64,000 nucleotides of DNA. Source: Euglena gracilis (lineage: Eukaryota). The stretch spans positions 24,378,954 to 24,442,953 of the forward strand of contig CP154954.1 of the NCBI GenBank assembly GCA_039621445.1, written 5' to 3'. The notes beneath the pieces were generated by a model. The model did not search any database. It was not told where the DNA came from and saw nothing but the letters and a program-made list of their open reading frames with translations. Below are positions 36,050 through 48,134 of the stretch, one piece after another. Position 1 is the first letter of the stretch. Each line of letters begins with the position of its first letter. The position numbers were made by a program, and so were the translations under genes.

Positions 36050-37260
36050 GGGAAACGTGCGGTAAAAGTGTAGGGGGTAGGGGGGCGGCGGCTTTCTCTT
36101 TACCCCTGGAGTAGGAAACGGTGTTTTCGGTTGTTGAAAACGTTGTGGCAAGGCGGGGGGACGTCTGGGGAGACGGATCGGGGGAAAAATTAGGTGGTGA
36201 AGGTTGTGTGCATGCAGTAGTACGCAAACCAAGGGAGGGGCAATCCACAACCAGGCGGTTCTGACGCAAGAATGGAAAACCCAAAATTACATCAGAGCCG
36301 CGGACACCCGATTCGTAACTCCAGGTACCCAGAAAATTTTGTATTTGTCGGGGTTGTGGGTGGTGCTTGGGGATGATAGGGAGGAGTATGTCCAAATAAG
36401 CATCCCAAGAAACCACCGCACATGGGGCTGTTGCCAGCAGTCATGATTTTGATGAGGTATTTGGTTTTCACCAAGAGGGAGTTGGGAATTACTCCTGTTC
36501 GAAAGAGAAGGGGAATGCGACACCCTGTGTCGGCCAAAACTTTGCATTTGGTTGAAAAATTTTGTGTTCGGATTTCCGCCTGGACCAAAAGTTCCATGGG
36601 GAGTACGCAAAGGGCAGGATCTCGCGTAAGCCCAATGCTCTCTCGCGTCTTCCGAACATGGAGGGGAAGGGCATCAGCAGGCATCTCTTTATGGTTTTGC
36701 AGACCCGGAGAGAGGGTTGCCAGAAAGGTGCAGCGCTCTTGGTGCCTCTGATGCTCCGGTGCCCAAAAGTCATTCAGAAGGGAATTTCGTCTGGTTGGGA
36801 CTCAGCCCGGATATAAACCAGACCCCCCAGGTATGTCGGCCGCACTTAACGTGAGGGGTTCTTAAAGTGCCCGCGCCAATGTTTTGCGTTGATGACCCCG
36901 ATGCCAGCAACGAGCCCAGCAACTGCTTAGCGGGTCACGGGTGGCACGCTGCGCTGTCCCTCCGCTGCCTGTGAGACCGTGAGAGGTGGTTGGCCTGCGC
37001 TGACCCCTGCTGTGACAACAGGACACCGTGGTGCAGCTGCCTCTCGAGCTCAAGGCGCATCGCGTGCAGGTTTCTCTATTTGATCGGTATTCTTTCCGGG
37101 GCGTCATGTTATGTCGCAAGGTGGCTATTCTGGATGGGGATGGGAATAGCTGATGGCGAAGTTCAAACTGGTCCGCAGCGAATTCCCTGCGATCCATGGC
37201 CATGGATTCATTTAACACCTGCGTGACCCCTCCGGGGGGATTTCGCGAGTAGGTGGGTGA
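36050..37260 (-). pseudogene. Decayed Ty3/Gypsy LTR-retrotransposon gag-protease fragment
   Basis: Degenerate zinc knuckle CWARCWHRGHQRK, then retropepsin motif KVLADTGC, then (after a frameshift) SDVILGFPFLRQNRLVVD; no RT or integrase downstream. Confidence 0.8.
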
Positions 37261-38373
37261 GTGGGTCGCTCGACCCCCTCCCTGGGGCGTGCCTTGATCC
37301 TTGGGCAGGATTCTTTTTTTTGGGAAGTTTGCACCCCGAGGCTGCTATGGGCAGGCAGGAGGGTAGGGCATCAACCCCTGGGGGGGGGTTGGAATTTGGG
37401 CATGGGTGGTGCTATAGCACACCCACTGATTATTAGGCTTGCTTGGCAGGCATCGGGCCCAAAACCTCCTCGGGGGGGGGTGCCTGCTTTGAGCAAGCAC
37501 CCCATATCACAAGGCATTCCCTTCCCCGCATATGGTAGGCTGAAGATGACACGAAGAGAGGGACGCTCTCTCACCCACCAAACACCCCCCCACACTACCT
37601 CCACGCCCCCCACAGTACCCCACACTTAGCTGTGTGGGCTCCACTTTATGACAACCCCCGGTCAAGTGACATCGCAGCGTCACCCTTCCGGGACCGGTTG
37701 GTTGGCATGGTCCTTTCGGACTTGACTGCACTGCCCTCCCTGCATGGGTAGCAGGGGCGCCCGAGGGACCACACAGTCGAAGGCTTGTGGCTGTCTGGCA
37801 GGCCCTTCCGGGGCCATGTTCCAGGACAATCATATGGGGGAGGTGGGGGTGTGTGGGACTGTGGAGTTGTGGGGTACTGTGGCCAGCAATGACCAGCAAC
37901 AGCCGATTTTTTCCCTTTCTTTGAACGTTCTCCCCTGGAAATACCTTTCAATCAAGGATTAATTTCTCTATTCCGATAAATTGTTGATGAATTAACCGGT
38001 CGGAGAGAATGGGGCATTGAAGTTGTCACTGCTTTTAACAGGAAACTCGTGAAATTTGGTGAGTTGGATGTCTTCTGCAACCTCGGGACAAAATATTTCC
38101 ATGATTTCTCTGAGGACGAAATGAAACCAGCATTGAAACACAGGGCCGTCTTTTTTTTGTTTTAGAAATTTCCATCGCATCACATTCAACAATCCTCCAG
38201 AGAAAGCACCAAATATGCCCCACTTCCCCTGGTTTGGCCCCTCTGCTGCTTACATGCAAACTTGGTCCCCTAGGCCAGGCGGCCAACCTTAGGGGGGGAG
38301 GTCAAATTTGAATGTTAAGAATTTCAGCGGCCAAAGCAAAAGTGCAAAAGCTAAAGGTCAACTTTAGGCTTTA

Positions 38374-38731
38374 CCTCCCCCCCTTGTCGTTGACACGGCG
38401 TGTCGTTGACACCCCCCCCGTGTCAACGACACTTTCCTGGAACATATTTTTTTCTTTTGCGTTGGCCACAGTTTCTGACAAATTTCAGCCAGGACATTTC
38501 AAAAATGGGTTGAATCTTCTTTCCAGCCATGGCTTCGAATGTCATCCTCATTCGCACCGGCCACAGTGTGGCGGACATGCATTCATGGGGTCATTCATTG
38601 TCACTGGTGCGGTCGTTTTTGTTTTTTTGGGTATTGTGTCGTTGACACGGCGTGTCGTTGACACCCCCCCCCCCCCGTGTCAACGACACTTTCCTGGAAC
38701 ATTGGCGTGTCAACGACAAGGGGGGGGGAGG
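38374..38731. mobile_element. TA-flanked MITE (TIR CCTCCCCCCCTTGTCGTTGACACG)
   Basis: TA at 38372-73 and 38732-33; long TIR with repeated gtgtcgttgacac/gtgtcaacgacac motifs. Confidence 0.9.
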
Positions 38732-38859
38732 TATTTTCAATCATGGCCCTGGCCAAGCGCACGGGGGGGGGGGGGGGGAAAATGCCCTTTGTATTAGGGG
38801 AAATTTTTTTCTCCTTATCCTTCCACCCAATGCATCAAAACAAACACTTCCCCACCCCT

Positions 38860-39579
38860 CCGCGGGAGGAAAGCTGATTCCCAGCTTGGTGGCGGTAATT
38901 GCTTGGCGTCTGCCAGGACGCGGATCACCGGGGCGCGCTGGCCCACAGCGAGGACATCTACCGCGAGGGACGAATCATCGAAGAGCAGGGCTCCTTGGGG
39001 GAGAAGCCGACGGACAGTGTCTCCATCCAACTGGGCTGGGCAACGATGCCGGTCGACTACGGCCAGGATCGAGATGACCGTCGCCGGATCCTCAAACGGG
39101 AGCTGAAGGTGCACCCGTTCCACCCACCGCTCCAGATGTGGGCGCGGGGGTATGATAAGCAGATGGGGACCACCCGGACCCCAAGGCTGCACCTCTTTCG
39201 TCCGCAAGGCGGCGGTGTCCGAGATATCCACACCGGAGAGGAAATCACCGCCCACGAGGCGCACACCGTGCAGGCTCACCACTTGGTCAGAGACCAGGTC
39301 CGGGGCCAACGCGCGCAGCCATTTAGGGTTCAACCGCGTGTCGTAGACGCGGATGGGGACGTCCGGGGCGACAGCTGGGGGAAGCCCCCAGCCGGCGGCA
39401 CGCAATGTACCAGCAAGTTGAAGGTCCCGTAGCTGTCGCGGTTCTAGTCGTACCGCTGCCGTCAGTGTGCGTCGTTGCGCGGAAGCCGAATTCCCGTGCA
39501 GCGCATGTTGTCGCCGGTTCCGGAGCCGCCGGTTGAGGGACCAGGGTGTTGAGGGAGCGGGCAGCCTAGGGGCGGCCAT
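38860..39579 (-). pseudogene. Probable N-terminal half of the LINE ORF1, inverted relative to the element body
   Basis: Open GC-rich frame MAAPRLP...WESAFLPR with a gccgccaagATGg start context; it stops at an abrupt composition change and joins in frame to NKVLVAMR at 40966 (+). Confidence 0.65.
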
Positions 39580-39736
39580 CTTGGCGGCCCGACGGAGTGG
39601 GTCGGTGGAGCTGGAACATCGGGATGCTGAGGGGGGGGGGGGCTCTGAACAATGCTGGCAGCATGAAGCTGCTTCCACACATGGGGGCTTGAGTGCGAGC
39701 CTGTGTGCCTGTGCTTTTGGCAACCAACCTCGCAAC

Positions 39737-40169
39737 CAGGCTTTTGCTTAAAGACCCCGGGGGGGGGGTGCTGGCTAGCCTATCGGCTAGACATTGGAAA
39801 AATTGGACTAGCTGGACCCCCCTCCCCCGGGGGGGGAGGGGGTCCGGGGGTCCCCCCAACTGGAAAAAAAAACTTGGAAAAAAATGGAAATGAGGTTTTT
39901 AATGGGTTTTTGGCTGATTTTGTTTCCAAAACTTCCCAAGAATCGCCAAAAAAGGGCAGTTTTGGTCATTTTTGGGGTCCCAAAAAAATTTCTGACGCTT
40001 CGCGCCAGTCACTGGAAAGAAAAATTCCACTAGCTCGCCCTGCTAGCAGACCCCCCCCCCCCCGGAGGGGTCTGCTAGAAATCCCACTAGCCAAGTTGGA
40101 CTAGCTGCAGTCCGCAGCTAGCCCCCCCCCTGGGGGGTGGGGTACTGCAATCCCTTAAATAAAAGCCTG
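39737..40169. mobile_element. hAT-type MITE (TIR CAGGCTTTTGCTTAA), perfect 8-bp TSD
   Basis: TSD ctcgcaac at 39729-36 and 40170-77; CTAG(C) subterminal motifs; inverted copy at 51403-51839. Confidence 0.95.
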
Positions 40170-40284
40170 CTCGCAACAGCGATCGACCTTCAACAAAACA
40201 GCTTTTCACCAAGAAAAACTGTTTGCAAACTGTTGGGGGAGGGAATCCAAATTGTATCGGGGGGGGATGCCCATTGGGGACCGA

Positions 40285-40700
40285 ATGTCTGGCCGGGAGA
40301 GGGCTCCTCCTCCACCTGCTCCAAGCCATCAACGAGACGCGCTCCGTTGATCGCCCATTCCGGGCGGCGGCGCGCCGGCAACGGGCGGGGTCGCCGGAGC
40401 TGTGGCCAGGGACCGAGGCCGAGGTGGTCAGTGGACGGCGCGCCAGGAGGGCGGGGCCTGGCCGCTGTCCTGAACCGGATCAAACCACAGCGTCAACCGC
40501 GCTGGTCCCCCACGGGGTCGCCCGGCTTCCTCCGGCACCGTCGACCCCACCGGCCTCCGCCCTCCTCTGGTCCCTGGGCGCCTCCCTCATTGTTCCGCCG
40601 GGTTGGGAGGCGGGACCACGTGGGGCCGTTGGGCCCGGCCGGGGGGCTGGGGCACGAGGGGGTGCAGCCCATCGGCTGCCTCTTGAGGGAGCGTCAGGGG
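40285..40700 (-). repeat. Third, reverse-oriented relative of block 19820-20265 / 52785-53190
   Basis: Reverse complement shares gaggca(t/g)ccgatgggctgc and tggagcaggtgga..gagccctctccc(a/g)gccag. Confidence 0.7.
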
Positions 40701-40740
40701 AAGAAGAACTGCACGTCGTAGCCCTGGGGGCAGGGCGGTA

Positions 40741-40965
40741 CAGGAAGACCACGGTGGGGGGGGGTCGACTCCCGCCCACCGTGGCACCCGTTCAAAGAAA
40801 ATTCCTTTGGCACCAAGGCGCCGAAAGGAAATTTTGACCTAAAAACTGGCGGCACCGAAAATACGGGAAGGCCTGGTGGGGGGGACCCCTCTTACCCCCC
40901 ACGAACGTCGACCCCCCCCCCCGACCCACCACCCATAACGTTGCGGGGATTCCCGTCCAGCCTTG
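40741..40965 (-). mobile_element. Half MITE (one terminus of the 6889-7532 family) at the LINE inversion breakpoint
   Basis: Reverse complement caaggctggacgggaatcc...gggtggtgggt..gggggggtcgac resembles the start of 6889-7532. Confidence 0.7.
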
Positions 40966-43900
40966 AACAAGGTCCTCGTCGCCATGCGAGTGCGTCGGGC
41001 TGGGCCGGAGCATCTTCCCCTTCACGGCTCTTGGATCCGTGGCCAAGGATCCAATCAGGGTCAGGCCATCCCTGACCCTGAACCCTCGCCACTTGAGTTG
41101 CTGTGGGTAGAATATGTGGCCCCCCGGCCACTCGGCAACGCCATGTGGCCAAGGAGGCCCGTCGCACGCTGGAGAAGCTGGGTATTTTGTTTGGTCAAGC
41201 ACATCGCCTGCAGCAGGTGACCGAATCTCACGGCGGTGTGACGGCTGTATTGGCCGTCCCGCAGGTGGAAGCAGTGCGATGGCTGCACGGCTCAGACCAT
41301 TCCGGCTTGTTTGTCCGTCCGTACTGGTCAGCAGACACTTCCCTGGACCTGCACCACGGCAAATACAACCTCTTCTGGCTGTGAGGCCGGCGCGGTGAGG
41401 CTGCGGCGCTCTGGATGGCATCGCGGGCCTCTTGCTCTCTGACAAGGACGTGGCGGTCCGAATCTCCGGTGCCGCAGAGTGGTCCGACTTGGAGGCGCAG
41501 ATCCGCTTCCTCCTTGGGGACCCGAAGGTCAACATCCACCAGCCGGTCCGGGATGCGGCTTGGTGGCGACTGGCTCCGCTGGCTGACGCCGACGTATTTC
41601 GGTTGTTTGACCTGATCGCCGAACTCGGCTTGAAGCCCTTGCAGCTACGCCTTGTAGCAGCGGGGCCATTTCGTCCAGCTGCCTATTTCCTGGCTACTGG
41701 TACGCCGTGCAACTCCTTGGACAATGGCGGATGGGGTCACTCTTGCGCCGCGGTTCTCTCTTCTGCTTCCCCGCCGCCACGCACTCCCGTGAAGAAGACC
41801 TCGCTAGGCCCCGCATTTTCACCGTCCTCCACCTGGGGTGCCCGTCAGCCCCCCGGCCCCCCTGCCGTGCCGGCGGTTCAGTCCCCCCTGCCTCGGTGGC
41901 CACCGCACCCTCGGCCTGCGGCCACCAGCGCCCCGAGTTCCCGCGCCGCGAGGCGCACCGCCCAGCGCCAGCAGCCTGCAGCGTGCCAGTCTCCACCTGC
42001 CGCCAGCTTTCCCCCGATCCGCCCCTCGCCGCCCGCATCCCCTCCCGGCTTCACTGACCTGGTCATGGAACTGCGCATCCTGTGGCAGGCTCTCAATCGC
42101 CAGGCTTTGGAGCTGCTGGACCTTCGCCGTGAAAATGCAGATCTCCGCCGCTAGCTCGCCGCTGCCCGCCCCGCCCCCCGCGCGGACCTCTTCCAACACC
42201 AGCCCTATGTGTCTCCCAGCCCCCCGCCTCCCCGATTGTCCGACGCAGCCCTGCTGAGCTAGGATGAGAGGATTGCAGCCGCTCTACAGGACCTGCCGCC
42301 CTTGGCCGTCGCGCGACCCGTCACTCCACCGGACACCATCATGAGGGACGCCGAAGATGACACGCGTGGCTGTGCCCGTGATGCGGGTGAGGCCACTCAG
42401 CAGCCAGGAAGCTCTTGCGCGCCGCCTCGGTGGAGCGCGGGCGCAATGTCTAGCCCGTCAAAGCTGGGGGCTTCTGCCTCCCCTGGGGATTCCCAGGTCC
42501 CCGTCCTCCGGATAGGGACTTGGAACATGTCCCACTGGACGCCTGCAAAGGCCCTCGCTCCGCGCCCCACCTGCCCCGCGGCCTCCTCCCGCTGTCCGTC
42601 TATGCCCCCCTGGACCGCCAAGCCGCGGAGCGTGCTTTGCGGCTTTGACCTCTGTCTCTGCCTTTGACCTCGCCTTCGAGGAGCTGTCCCACTCCTTGGA
42701 CATGCAGGTCCCTACCCTACTCCTCGGCGTCTGGAACGGCTCCGTCCTCCCTTTGCAGGGCCACTCCGGCCGCCGGCGCCACCTGCTCTCCCACCTGACC
42801 GGCCCCAGCGCTCCCCTGGTCGGACGTCCACGCCAACCTGCTGCCCGTGCCCCTACCCATGACCTTCCGCTCGCCCCTCTACTCTGGGGTCGTCACGGCC
42901 TCCCGCATTGACCTGATCCAGCCAACTCCGCCGTCCTCGCTCTACTCCGGTGGACGAGGACTTCCGTGACGGTGGTCACTCCCCGGCGTTCGTCTCCCTC
43001 GCCCTCCCCAGCGGCCGCATCGACTGGCACCCACCGCTTCCGCGTCCGCCCCCCCTACTGTGCGGCCCGACCTCGCCTCGTCCGAGCAGTGGTCCGACGT
43101 GCTGCTCCGATGGTATTCCACCCCGGAGGCCGCTGCCCTGTCCCCGTCTGCCGCACACACCCTGGACTTCCTCTCCCGCGCCATCCACACCGCGCTGGAC
43201 CTCTTGGTGCTCCTGGCTGGCGGCTGGTCCACCCGCTCCTCCGCCCGCCGGCCTGCTTACGACTCCCCGAAGGTGCTCCGGCTCCGTGGCATCCTCACCC
43301 TGCTACATCGCCTGGAGATGCTCTCCTCCACCCCGTTGCCGCCCGGATCCTGGCCTTGGCCCCTTATTAAGCTCCTTGACACCCTCCACCTGTGCGGCAT
43401 CCAGCTGCCCCGGTCTTCCGTGCCGTCCTTGCGCCGCGCTCTGGCTGCAGAAGCCGCTTCCTGCCGCTCGACCGTGGACAAGGAACTACAAGCCCTCCGT
43501 CGCGTGCGGAACTTCCGGTGGCATGACTCCTTACCCCGTCTCTGGCACGAGCGCCCGGCCACCATCTTCCGTTGGCTGAAGGCGGAGTCCATTCCGTTCG
43601 GATCCCGCCCATCCTGGACGCCGCCGGGCAGCCTCTCCCGCCAGGACGTGGACATCGCCGTGCGGTCCTTCTGTGTCAACGACATCCTGCGGCAGCACGC
43701 CAGCCATTGCCCTGCGGAGCAGTGGGCAGCCTTTGTGCCTTTGGAGTTTGGTGCCTACATCCTCTCCGCCGTTGGAATGGCTGAACGCCTACGTGGTCAT
43801 GATCCCCAAATTGGCCAGAGGCGCACGTCCCCAAGATCAGCGCCCCATCACTGTCCTGGAGGTGGTGTACCGCGTCTGGTCGCCATGGGTCTGCCTTTGG

Positions 43901-46226
43901 GCGCCTTCGCGGTCCGCGAGCCCATCGCCGAGGACCGCCTCCTGCAGCTACGGTGGCTGCAGTTCCTCGCCAACTCCCCCTCCCTAGTCGGTACCATCCA
44001 CCGCGCCGTCGCCTGCCCCGCCTCAAAGTGGCGCGAGCCCTCCCCCGCCCTGCAGTCCGCCCTGACGGCCCTCGGCCGGACGCTACGCCGCAATCCCACC
44101 TCCACCCTGGCCTCCGCCTGGCCTCCCTATCCCGGAGCCCGCCAACCGCTTTCCCCTTCCCGATGCAGCCTTCACAGATGGCTCCCTCGGCTCCCATTGT
44201 GGTGCGGCCGTCTGGTGCCTGGACACGAAGACGTCGCGCCTCATCGCCGTTCCCTCCCCGCGCAGCAGTTCACACTGCGAGCTCGCCGCCCTCGGCTCCG
44301 CCCTGTCCCTCCACCCCCCCCCCCCCGGAGGTGTTCACGGATTCGCTGTGCTCCCTCCAACTCCTCCGCCGATGGGGACTCCGTTCTCCGTCCGCCGTCC
44401 TCCGCTGTCCGGATCGGCTCGAGGTCTGCCACGTCCTCGCCCTCGCCCACTCATCCCCGTGCCCACCAGCCCTGCAGAAGGTCAAGGCACTCGACAACAC
44501 GGCCCTCTCCGCCCGCCACCCCCTTGCCGTAGGCAACGACATGGCCGACTCCCTGGCGAAACAAGCAGCGCGTTCCCGCGGTCTCCCCACAAGGGACCCC
44601 CCTGCCGCATGTCACGCTGCGGTGGAGCTGCTCGACGCCATGGGCACCACGGTCCTGGACATCCAGGAGCGGTTCCCCCTCGCTTGGTGGCTCCGCCAGC
44701 GCTGTGCGTGGGCCCTCCAGGATCCCGCCCCCGCCTCGAGTTGCTCTTCCTGCGGGACATGGCGTTCGACTGGATGGCGTCTGCCGGCATCTTTGCCCGG
44801 CTTTGCTTGCGCTCCAACGCCTTCCACCACCCCGTGGCCCCTGCCGTGATCAAGTGGGTGGCTCGTGTACGATCCGGCTGCCCGCCACCCAAGCTCGTCG
44901 CGCGCGGTGCGGCTTCACAGAGGACCCCACGTGCCCGTGCTGCGGAGAGACGGAAGAAGACGACCGCCACTTGCTGGCTGGCTGCCCCGCCACAGGCTCA
45001 GCAGACTGGCCGGAGGCCCTCCCGGAGCTGTGTTTGTCTTCCGCCAACCGCTGCTCCCTCTCCATCCCCCCGCCGCCAACCCCTTGGATAGCGGAGCATC
45101 ATCTCCTCTGACCGCTGCCCTGATCCCAGCGACGATTCTCGAGCACCACCCAACGTCCCCCGGACGCCCTCCGCTTCCTCCGCCGCCTCCATGCTGCCCT
45201 GGCCGAGCGGCTAGCTGAGCTGCTGAGCCGCCGCTGCACCCTGCTGCTGCCCCCCAGCGGCCCCGCTGGAGATCCCACGGCTCCTCCTCTGACCACAGCC
45301 CGCCGCGTCTCCGTCGCCCCTGCCCGCTACCTCCAGAACGCCAGCTCTCCATCCCAGACCTCTGCCGCCTCGAGTGGCTCGCCGTGAGGCCCCCCCCCCC
45401 CCCCCCCCCCACCAACATCGGCACCCATCCCGCCCCACAGTGAAGCCCGACGCCTGTGGCTCCGTGCGCGGCTCCTCCGTCTGCTCCCCGAGGACATGGT
45501 CGTCTGCCCTGCGTCCGCCGGATGCAGCGCCTTCCTCGCCATGTTCGAGTACGTCACATGCGAACCCTTCACTGCCTCCCCCCCGGCACCGTGCCAGTCT
45601 CGTGCCACCGCCCTGGCCCACGTCCTCGGCAACCTCATCCACGAGGGTGCCCACCTCTCCCCTCCCCTCGAGCGCATGCAGCGGCAGGGCATCTGGTACT
45701 ACAACCGTGCCCCCCGTGCGGCCCTGGACACCGACGGCTGGCTCTGCTCCACTCGCGCCCGGAGGCTGCGCACCCCGCAACCGCCCTCCACATCTCGATG
45801 GGCTCCGTCGACGCCTCCCTCACTGTCTGGATCCGGGACCACCGATTCCTCCGCCCCGTCCCCCCAGAACATGGCGACTGCAGCATGGCTCTCCTCCTGC
45901 TTTGGGAGACCGACCACGGCTGCCCCTTCCCTACCACGGCGACATCAGACCCGGCCAGCCGCCCCCCCGGTCGTCCCCTCTCCCCCCCAGCCGGGCGTGG
46001 CGCCCCGCCCCTCCTCTGGTGGATCCCCGGCCCCTGAAAAGGCAGTCCACCCTGTCCGCCTGGATGCAGCCGCCCCGCGCTCGGTCGCCACCCCACGGCC
46101 GGGCAACGGAGGGCCCACCGACCTCGGCGGGCGCAGGCGCGGGAATCTGATGACGGTGATGGCACTCAGCCACTGCCGTTGAGCCCATGCAGCGCCCGGT
46201 GATGGACGACTTCATCACCTACCTAA
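40966..46226 (+). mobile_element. Decayed non-LTR retrotransposon (APE-RT-RNase H-CCHC; possibly I/Ingi-group-like)
   Basis: ORF1 remainder 40966-42154. APE motifs LRIGTWNM, LLLGVWNG, SRIDLI, GGHSP (42500-43000). RT N-terminus EWLNAYVVMIPK...RPITVLEVVYRVW (~43775-43880). RNase H AFTDGS, SSHCELAAL, VFTDSL, KVKA, GNDMADSLAKQAA (44166-44570). CPCCGETEEDDRHLLAGCP (~44930-44990). Confidence 0.92.
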
Positions 46227-46837
46227 CCCCCCCCCCGAGGTCCTTTCCTTGACAAATTTCACTATTTCACAGGCAAGGTGCTGCTTTTCATTCCTCAATT
46301 GAAAAACCAAGGAAGTTGCCAGCTTTGCTCATTTCTAAAAATGTCCTCCTTTCCAAACCCATTCCCAAATCTTTCTTTGGCATTCCAAATATTCTGATAT
46401 TTTTGGTGTAGTGTTATTATTTGTTTTTCACAGGCCCACCTATTTGCGCCAAAAAATGCGACCCAAGAGAGGTTCGCTTTCCAGTGTCTTAATTTTAAAC
46501 GCGTTTTCACCCTTGCACGGCTTCGCAAATGCCATTTTTCTTCTATGAATTGTATTATACAAGATTAATAGATCAATGTCCAACAGTGCCTTTCCAAAAA
46601 AATATATATAAAATAAAATAAAATAATATCGAATGGAAATGAATTTCAAAAGGAATTTCCACAATTTGTTTTTATGGGGAGAGCCGTATGCAGGTCTTGT
46701 CACTGATGCAGATGCCGAAATGAGTGTGGAATTACAGCGATGATTTATCCCGATGCGGCATTTCATTCGTGTTTTTCTTTGGTGCGTTTTTTTTTGTGTG
46801 TGCGTTCTGTGGAAAGTGATTGGAAGTCGCTCTGCAA

Positions 46838-47970
46838 CAAGGTTGGGTTTTGTTTTTGTATTTTTGGGGAGCTCCCCAAAACAACCCAAAAATTTTGGGT
46901 ACCCCCAAAAAATAAATTTTTGGGTTTGTACAAAAGCTGTTGAGCGGACTTAAAAGAATCCTCCTCTCAACAGCAGCCAGCCTCGACACTTCTTTTGTGT
47001 TTGAGGTATCACAGGTGGGCACCTGTGTGTTTGCATTGGTGGGCACAACCAATGCAAAAAAGGACATAAAATTTTTGGTATTTCTCTCTGACTTTTTTGC
47101 GGGGACCCCAGTAAATTTGCTTAAACGCCAGTGAATGCTACAACTCCCCAAAAAGCATACACCAGGAAGGCTGGGAATTGTTGTGCATCTTTATCTGTTC
47201 CCCGCTAATTTCTTTGTAATGATGTGTGTGAATTTTCTGCAAAACTTTTCATTGGGGGTGGTGCGGGTCACGGGGGGGGGTCACGCCCGGATCTAGGGGG
47301 GGGGTCACGGGGGAAGTTTGTCTCTTTGCAGGTAGGGTTGCTCATTTTGCGGATTTTTTATATTATTTTTTACTGGAGAAAATTCAGAAAAAATGCGGAA
47401 AAATTGGAAATATTCCCATATTTCTCCATGGTAAAAAAATGACCCGGGATGGGGTGAACTTTGGGATTTTGCATCAAAAAGCCACAACAAAATGGGAAAT
47501 TGGGGGAAAATGGGGAAATATTTTCCCACAATTTTCCAACCGGAGAAACAAAATTTGTTGTTGAAATTTTTCCGCACAATTTTTCAGCAATCCTATTTGG
47601 AGGTAGTCGGGAGGCAGCATCAATGATCCCGAAAGGAAAGGTTGAAGAGATGAGGGGTCATGGGGGTCACACGGGAAGCACCCCCATTGTAAAACCAATA
47701 TATTTTTATAGTGAGTGCATTAAACACATTTAATTTGCGTAGGTATGTGCTGTTTAGGGTTAATCGGCAATGGAGAAGGAGCTTGATGTGACAATTGGTT
47801 ACGAATCAATTGCGGTCCACAGGCTTACATTTTCTTGAATGGTGCCATGAAGGACGAAAAGGTCTGCAAAAGTGGGACTAAAATAAGGGGGGGTCCCAAA
47901 AAGCTTTTTTTGGGTACCCCCCCAAAACATTTTTTTTTGGGGGGTACCCAAAACCCAAAACCCAACCTTG
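46838..47970 (-). mobile_element. Internally deleted hAT element with dimerisation-domain-like remnant
   Basis: TIR caaggttgggtttt / aaaacccaaccttg; tctgcaa duplicated on both flanks; ggggtacccc subterminal palindromes; minus-strand GVPAKKSER...VSRLAAVERRILL resembles the hAT IPASSxxSERxFS...RSRL region. Confidence 0.75.
47333..47595. mobile_element. TAGG-type hAT MITE nested in 46838-47970
   Basis: tagggttgctca ... cagcaatccta; TSD tttgcagg / tttggagg (7/8). Confidence 0.8.
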
Positions 47971-48134
47971 TCTGCAAAAGAAATTCCTCCTCCAATTACT
48001 GGCTTTTTTTATTGTTTCATTTTCCCGACGAACGGCATTCTGGTGGTGTGCTTTTGCGCGCACACATGTGTGTTTTCGGCTTTGTCCCCGGGTGTGCCCG
48101 AACTGCCAGCGGTGTGCGTCCTGGGTTTTTGCCG

